DNA of 64,000 nt from the human T2T-CHM13v2.0 reference genome, Homo sapiens. The stretch lies in assembly GCF_009914755.1 (NCBI RefSeq), contig NC_060930.1; one strand, given 5' to 3'. The notes under the pieces are model-generated. The model did no database searches and had not been told where the DNA came from. It saw only the letters and a list, made by a program, of their open reading frames with translations. Of the stretch, positions 55,915-64,000 are shown piece by piece. The position numbers and the translations under genes were made by a program. Every line of letters begins with the position of its first letter. The first letter of the stretch is position 1.

Positions 55915-57545
55915 ATATTAGTTAGGGTATAGAGTAGGTATAGCTGCTGTAACAAAGAGTTACGAGACATGAAAGTCTGAGCAGTCTAGGTAGGGAAGAC
56001 ATTCGGTAATCCAGAATTTGTCCATTTTTTTGCTTTACCGTTCTTGAGGACTTGGTCCTAATCTATGTGATCAAAACTAGGGACACTGTCAAGTTGGTAT
56101 TCCAGCCTGTAAGAAAAAGGGAAGCAGATGAAGTCCAGAGCAAAGAATTTCCTTTTAAACAAGTGAAGCAGATATTACATGTTTCACTTCAGTTTACATT
56201 CCATGGATAGGATCACTTGACATCAAGGGAGGTTGGGAAATATAGTCTCAGGCTGGGTGACCATTTGGCTAAAAGGAAGGGAAAACAGATGTGACAAGCA
56301 GTCTACCACAGTCTGCCACTTTGGCCTTCATCCTACCTGTTGATAATATTCCTATATTTCTTCCTCAAGGGAGACAACCCATAGTACCATCCATTAGTTG
56401 CATTAATCCAAGCTCACTGAGAGGCACAGTACTTTAGATCTGCAAGTCCAGTGACCTATAAACAAATCACAGTTATCTACTCCTCCTCCATCCCTCCCAC
56501 ACATACCCAACATATTATAGTGGATCAGAAACAGGAAAACAGTAATAAAATCTCCCATTTGGGAAAATAAACAATGAAAAAACTCTTTTCATGAGAATGA
56601 TGAAGATCTCATGCCCTCGCAGTGGATTAATATCCTTAGTTCTGCTTTCTGGTAAGAATGAATGTCAATATTCATTGCATTAAGATCCCTGTCTTTGCTG
56701 TCTGGGTGTTTCTTCCTTACATTAACCTCTGTGGCCACATCTGAAGTTGATGTTGAAAGTTTGCCCACTTTGAAGGCTATTCAGTTTTCATAGCCTGCTT
56801 CTTGCTACTGCAGGTTTTCCAGCTTGCAAGTTACACAGTCACAAGCCTTTGCACCCTAGCTTATAATTTATTTGACAAATACTATTCCGTCAGAAACATA
56901 ATAGGATTCTTTTACGTTTCTCTCCATTCAGTTCTCTGTGCCAGTAACTACACCAAAGTTATTTTCTGGATGTGGTTCTTAAGCCTGCCTTATTTATTTC
57001 TGTCTATGCACCCAACATCTTTTGATGGCCTCATTTTAATGAAGCACATCCTCATCCCTCATTTTAATGGTCACTGTCTTAAAACTATTTGAAACAACAA
57101 GTATTGGTGGGATAGCAGCATCCTTAATCTAATCTTAACTGCAGAGCTGGATCCCTTTGTTTTGTCAAGAATTCCTTTGACCAAGGCACTAAACCTGACA
57201 TGGGGTATTGGCTGCAAGGCCCCACATTTAAGCGGCCTTATTTCTTTCCATCTTTGCTTACAAACTAGCCAATTCTTGCTTGAGTAAACATGGCGAAGAA
57301 CCACCAACACCCGGTATTGTGGCATTTTTCATGTACTTTTTCTGGGACTATGGGCTTTTTATGGGCACTAGTTTTGCAGATTATTGTAGGCAACAGTTTA
57401 ATCAATTGTTTTATTTCCACATAACAGTGGTTATTAGTATCGTAGTAGTATGTTCTCCTTTTGCCTGCTACCTAATTACTAAGCTAGTACCACGTTTTAG
57501 GATTTTGTTATAGCAGTATCTTAATTCTGATATTAATTTCTATAT
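55915..57545. mobile_element. MLT1 LTR plus MaLR internal relics
   Basis: TATTAGTTAGGG...GCTGCTGTAACAAA...GGGAAATATAGTCT; boundaries uncertain. Confidence 0.5.
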
Positions 57546-58380
57546 TAAGGAAAAGGCCAGCTTACTGAGTTAGGTGGTATGGGTGCTATCTGGACCCAAA
57601 TCCCAAACCTATATTTTAAGCATTATGCTATTCATATATATATTCTATATATCTAATATATATTTATATATATAAAATACATATTACACACACACACAGA
57701 GTATACCTCTTTCTGATGGCTAGTTAACTTTTGAGATCAAGAACTTAGCTATACCTCATACTTACTACAATTCCTAGCCTATAGTAGGTGTTCAATAAAT
57801 GTTTGAATGAACAAATACCCATTTTATACCTGAGTAAGTTAAGGCATAGAGACTTGGCCAAACTTTACTTAGAATCAAAACCAGAACATAATCTAAACCC
57901 TGCACACAAGAATATATGTACAGGAGAAGCTATCTTCGACATCATTTCCACAAAATGGGGAATATCTTATATAAAGATAGCATTGTTTGATCTTAGAAAT
58001 AGTTACCAGAAAATCTTTTGATGTGACTATTAAAGTTTAAAATAGCAGTTATGGGAGCTGGTAAAGTCTACATCTTTATAATGGAGAGAAGAAAAACTCT
58101 GTATCAAAGAGTGAACGTGGTCTTTATTCCAACATTTTTAGTACCTAAAATAATTATACCAAGGACAAAAGATAGATTTTTTTAAAATTTAAGCAGTATT
58201 TGAAATGTGAGGAAAACTATCCATAGCACATTGAAGCAATCATTGTGTCAAAGTATTTTAAATAGTTCTTTATACACACATACATACATATATGCATACA
58301 TGCACACACATACATATATACGTACTCAGGGAGTTACTTTAAAATGGTGAGTTCCACCTCTTAAAAATTAATGAGCTTAG

Positions 58381-58692
<312 letters not shown>

Positions 58693-58997
58693 AAAAATTA
58701 ATGAGCTTATAATGTTTTGTGTATTCATGAGGGTTCCTACTGAACTAAGAAAGTACTCTATTTGTTATTGTACTTTGAATTATATGTAAGTGAATCCTTA
58801 ATAGAGATATAATAGTTAATATTGATATTGAAATTGTGAATGAAAAAAGTCTCTAAAACTTATTCATAAGCCTTCGAAGGACATATATCTTTTATATAAA
58901 TTGAAAATAGTAAGTAACTAACAAAACATAGGTTTCCTTAAGACAGACTTTTTTATGTCTACTATTTGGTTTGAGATGTTACTTTTTTTTCTCATAG

Positions 58998-59091
58998 GGG
59001 GAACGGTGTATTTTTAACAACGGGAATCAGTAACTGGAAGTACAAGATTGGTTATTTAATAATGTTAAAAATGAGGCTTTGAAAAGCAGAG
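58998..59091 (+). other. FAM135A: FAM135A exon 3 (5'UTR, 94 nt)
   Basis: Acceptor TTTTTTTTCTCATAG|G and strong donor AGAG|GTAAGA. Confidence 0.8.
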
Positions 59092-59172
59092 GTAAGAATA
59101 TAACTTTTTTGCACTTAATTCTTAATAGATTCGAGTATTTGCCAAATTTCTATGAAGAACTGCTTCAAGAAT

Positions 59173-59612
59173 TGGGAAGGGTCTGAGATTTTACCCCACT
59201 TGCAAGCTGACAAGTTAGTCTGCCACGGTGCCATGGATGTTGGCAGGACATGAGAGTCATGGATCAAGGTCGAGGATTGTTTATGCTCATAGCACTAGCA
59301 AGAGTACCAGGTGACACCTGTATGTGAGTAGTTTGTGTTACAGGAGAAGAACCCTGAATTAGGGGAACCTGAGTCTTTTAGAATGGACAGTAAACCTGCC
59401 TGACTTTTTTCCTGGAGGGAGGCTTTATCTGTATTATACAGAACAGTAGACAAATCTGCCCTTTGTTCTAGTATAAGACACTATCTCTGACTTCTAAGAT
59501 TGTTCATTATACAAACATCCGTGAAAAGATAGTCTGGAACAAAGGCTGTCTATGTCTCTGCTTGTGAGACGTGTAGAAACATGAGAGATTTGTGAAGAAT
59601 TGTCTTCCAACA
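59173..59612 (-). mobile_element. ERV solo LTR (LTR47-like)
   Basis: TG...CA, ~440 bp; GGTCTGAGATTTTACCCCACTTGCAAGCT and GAATTGTCTTCCAACA ends; family name from recall, no clear TSD. Confidence 0.6.
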
Positions 59613-59808
59613 CTTTCTTACTCTAAATTGCTTTCTACACTTAGCTTACTTAACAGTCCAAGAAGTTATTCTTTAAATATGTACTGTTGATAAGGATGAT
59701 TGTTATAATTTTTTTTAAATAGTGAAAAAATGGAAACTACTGAAGTCACCCAACAATAGGGGATTGTTTAATTATAACATGTTCCCAGTGTCATAGTTAA
59801 CAATTAAT

Positions 59809-60129
<321 letters not shown>

Positions 60130-60862
60130 TTATTGACATATATGTTCACTGAATAATTAAGTGAAATAAGCAGATGATAAAATGTACATGTGGTTTGATC
60201 CCACTATTAAAAAATTTTACAAATGCACACACATGAAGAACGTACCAAAGTATGTATTTCAGTGGATGGAATTGTGAATGTTTTCTATTTGTGCTTGTCT
60301 ATTTTCTTTTCTTCAACTTCTTTGCAATTGAATACTTTAGAATTTGTAATAAAGGAAAAAATCTCTTTCTCTTTAAATTTAAAAGTGAAAAGTGATTTAA
60401 GAATTTTTTTCTTCACTTAAAGAAAAACCTTTCATCAGCTTAACTGGGGATTGAAGAGTGTTAATTTTTTTTTGACTCTGGAGTTACTTACATGTGCAAT
60501 GTAGCACAAGAAGAGAATATTAGATATCTTCACTATTAAAAAAGTTCCTATCTATAAGAGATAAAGTTGAGTTTCTTTTAGCAATATGTTGTATTATTTA
60601 TTATCACATAAATGTCATCAAGGGTAACAAATCTTAGAAAAAGCTTTCTGACAGGACAATCTTAAATTATAGAGAGTAGTGCAGCTTAGTAAGTATACAT
60701 TCTGGTCCTATTTAGTTGGGTTAGGTTGTTAAGTACACTGAAATAATTTGTTTTTATTTTCTGCCTATGTGTCATATTCTAAAATATGTATAAATAATAG
60801 CATTTTTATAAGTTGGCATTTTTGTTACGCTTCTCATGATTTTTTCCCTTTCCTTAACAAAG

Positions 60863-61027
<165 letters not shown>

Positions 61028-61530
61028 TAAATTTAAATTTAATTACATATTTTTATTCCAGCATATATAAGGAAAACAATGAACTATATTCAAGTAATTA
61101 TTTTCTCAGATAAATTTTATTTATTAAATAGATATTTTGGGATTATTCACATGAATTTAATGATAATGCTGGATATACTGAACCTGTGTTTATGAATTTG
61201 TAGTGAGCCTTGAGAGGACTTTACTGTAAATGTATAAGGTCTAATTTTTGCTCTTTAAAATCTTATAGTATAATGGGAAAAAATAAGACATGCATACAAA
61301 GCAACTAAATAGAAATACAAACATACATGATGAAGCTTATTTCACTTGATTTTTCTGTATCAGTGAATGTAGTTTTATAATATCATTTTTAATTATTAAC
61401 TATTACACTGTGACATGTTATAATTTAACAGTCACCCACTGTTGGGTATTTCATTTGTTTTCATCTTTTCACTATTTCACGAAAACACTAAAACAATAAT
61501 CTTTATCAATGGTACCTATAAAGCAATGTA

Positions 61531-61560
61531 ATAACTTCTTGGCGTTTTGGCTAAGATCAA
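61531..61560 (+). pseudogene. 3'-truncated U2 snRNA retrocopy (U2 nt 1-30)
   Basis: ATAACTTCTTGGCGTTTTGGCTAAGATCAA vs U2 ATCGCTTCTCGGCCTTTTGGCTAAGATCAA: 26/30 identity starting at U2 position 1. Confidence 0.8.
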
Positions 61561-61789
61561 TAAGTATGTATAAGAGGTGCTCTAGGAATCAACAGAAAGA
61601 CGTCTTTCTGGTTTAGTATGTTAGAAAAGGCATTATGGAGGGATAAGATCAAAGTATGGCTAAGACTTGGATAGGCAAAGTATAAAGTGAAAGATCATAT
61701 TTGTAGAAGAGAACAGCATGATTCAGTACAGCCACATGAATCAAGTGTTGGAAATAGAAACGAACATGTTATTTTTAAGAATAATTAGG

Positions 61790-62106
61790 GGCCAGGTGTG
61801 GTGGCTCACACCTGTAATCCCAGGACTTTGGGAGGCCGAGGCGGGCAGATCACCAGAGGTCAGGAGTTTGAGACCAACCTGGCCAACATGGTGAAACCCT
61901 ACCTCTACTAAAAATACAAAAATTAGCCGGGCGTGGTGGTGCACGCCTGTAATCCCAGCTACTTAGGAGTCTGAGGCAGGAGAATCGCTTGAATCCAGGA
62001 GACAGAGTTTGCAGTGAGCCGAGATTGCGCTAGTGCACTCCAGCCTGGGCAACAGAGCAAGACTCCATCTCAAGGAACGTTAAAAAAAATAAAAATTAAA
62101 AAAAAA
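61790..62106 (+). mobile_element. Alu (AluS)
   Basis: TSD AAGAATA(A/T)TTAGG. Confidence 0.95.
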
Positions 62107-62555
62107 GAATATTTAGGAAATTGGATATTTTCTAGGAGAATTACAGAAGAAAGGTAGTAAAGAATGGCAAGGTTATATTTGTGAAAGACTTTAATGTCTA
62201 GAGAAGAGTTGACACTAGGGATTTGGGTAACCATCAATAGTTTCTAAGTAAGGATAAAATTTTATCACTATTATTACAATAAGCACTTACTAACATGATG
62301 GATATTATGATACATTAGACTGATGGTTGTGTAGAAGAAATAGAAACCTAGGAAACAGTTTAGAGGCACTTGATAGTAACTCAAGATATAAATCTGGAGA
62401 TCTATACAAAGAGTGGTGGCAGTGGGACTAACAGAAGAAGTAGAGCAAGAGATTCTCTATTTTTTTTTTTTGCCTTGACCTTGCCATCTTGTTGAAAAAA
62501 TAAAAACAGCTGTGCCTGTGCTGTGGTCTGCTCTATATGGTCTCTAATTTCTTAG

Positions 62556-62917
<362 letters not shown>

Positions 62918-63737
62918 GAGAGCAGAAGATGCAAGTCTCCTTCAATTGACACACTGTTACTTCCACTGCATTCCATTGGCCAAGCAAGTCACAGTGCGAG
63001 GTCACGAGTCAGGCTGGTGGCTTTTTGGCCAGTACAATTCACTTAAAAAACTTTGTGGACTGTCCATATGGCTGATAAGTTTATTCCATGCTTTAAAGCC
63101 CACAGCCACAGTTGTTTTTGAGACATGCTTGCTCTCTAGATAGCATATCTACCAATCTCTGCTACTTGGGGATTAGAATTCTGTGGGATCATGCCCATCA
63201 ACTTTCTAAAAATCCTTTTGTCATGCTGAGAACGTCTGCTTACATCTTAATTCTTTTAGTGATCTTAAGAAAGGAAGCTACAGCTACATCCTTGAGTTGA
63301 TCTTTGTTCAAGGGCTTTGTTTTATTTTCAGGAGACTGCAGATGAAACAGTTTTATTTTCCAACCCAGCAAGTTCTAGTTGCTCTAGATTTCTTCTAGAT
63401 TCTGCTTATAAAATGACTAGCTCTTTCTTTAGTTCATCTCTATCTTGCAGAACCTTATACTTAGCTAGGAGCAACCAGTTGGCGTTTTTGGTATTCTGCT
63501 TGGAAATTAATTTGCTAAGTCCAAAAGTTTCTTAGATACATTTTCTGAATTATTCCAGGTTAGTGTAAGATAGCATATTACATCACTCCATAACATGGTT
63601 ACCATTTTCCTCATCTCCTATAGTTTCCTCATTATTTTTCCACCATTTGTAGCTGTAACTGTTAGTTTGGCCCCAGAATTAATGCCACTTATTTTAAGTT
63701 TTTGTTATGGCACACACCACTTCTAGGTATCGATTTC

Positions 63738-64000
63738 TGTATTGTTTATTGTCACAATAATGCAGCTAACCACAAACACAAAGACTCAATGGCATTATGG
63801 CAATAAACATTTATTTTTGCTCCTAAGTCTGTGGATCATCTCAACGGTTCTACTGATCTAGGGTGGCTTGGCTCATCTTTGCTGGGCTCACTTCATGAAT
63901 GCACAGTCAGATGGCAGATTGGCCGGGCACTAGCTGGATGCAGAGTGGCCTCAGCTGGGCAGTCTCAGTTCTGTTTCACAGTCTCTCATCCTGCAGCTTA
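63738..64000 (-). mobile_element. MLT1 (G/H-like) LTR, runs off the window
   Basis: TGTATT...CACAATAATGCAGC...CAATAAACATTTATT...GCTGGGCTCACT. Confidence 0.6.

Overview
Human genomic DNA, not prokaryotic: it is dense in Alu, L1, L2, MIR and MaLR repeats and carries a human-specific AluYb8. The right third holds the 5' end of FAM135A on the + strand: a CpG-island promoter (~45.5-46.7 kb), three 5'UTR exons and the first coding exon (60902-60978, [26 protein letters not shown]). From recall this places the window at chr6q13. About 18 kb upstream, a solo MER48 LTR (27190-27577) inserted into an old L2 drives a ~0.4-kb three-exon transcript (~27450-31980) matching the known adenocarcinoma lncRNA EVADR/LINC01610. 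The rest is mostly interspersed repeats. The main second-look items are: (i) spliced small ORFs of 43 or 67 aa in EVADR that the ORF track cannot show; (ii) the chimeric LTR/L2 construction of EVADR exon 1, with a bypassed LTR poly(A) signal; (iii) an AP-1/HNF1/HNF4/CDX/GATA motif cluster in EVADR intron 2; (iv) a splicing-switchable uORF system in the FAM135A leader; (v) a tailless U2 retrocopy; and (vi) several templated-insertion or fold-back scars. Repeat subfamily names come from recalled consensus sequences, and boundaries without TSDs are approximate. No wholly new system is proven here; the findings are hypotheses.
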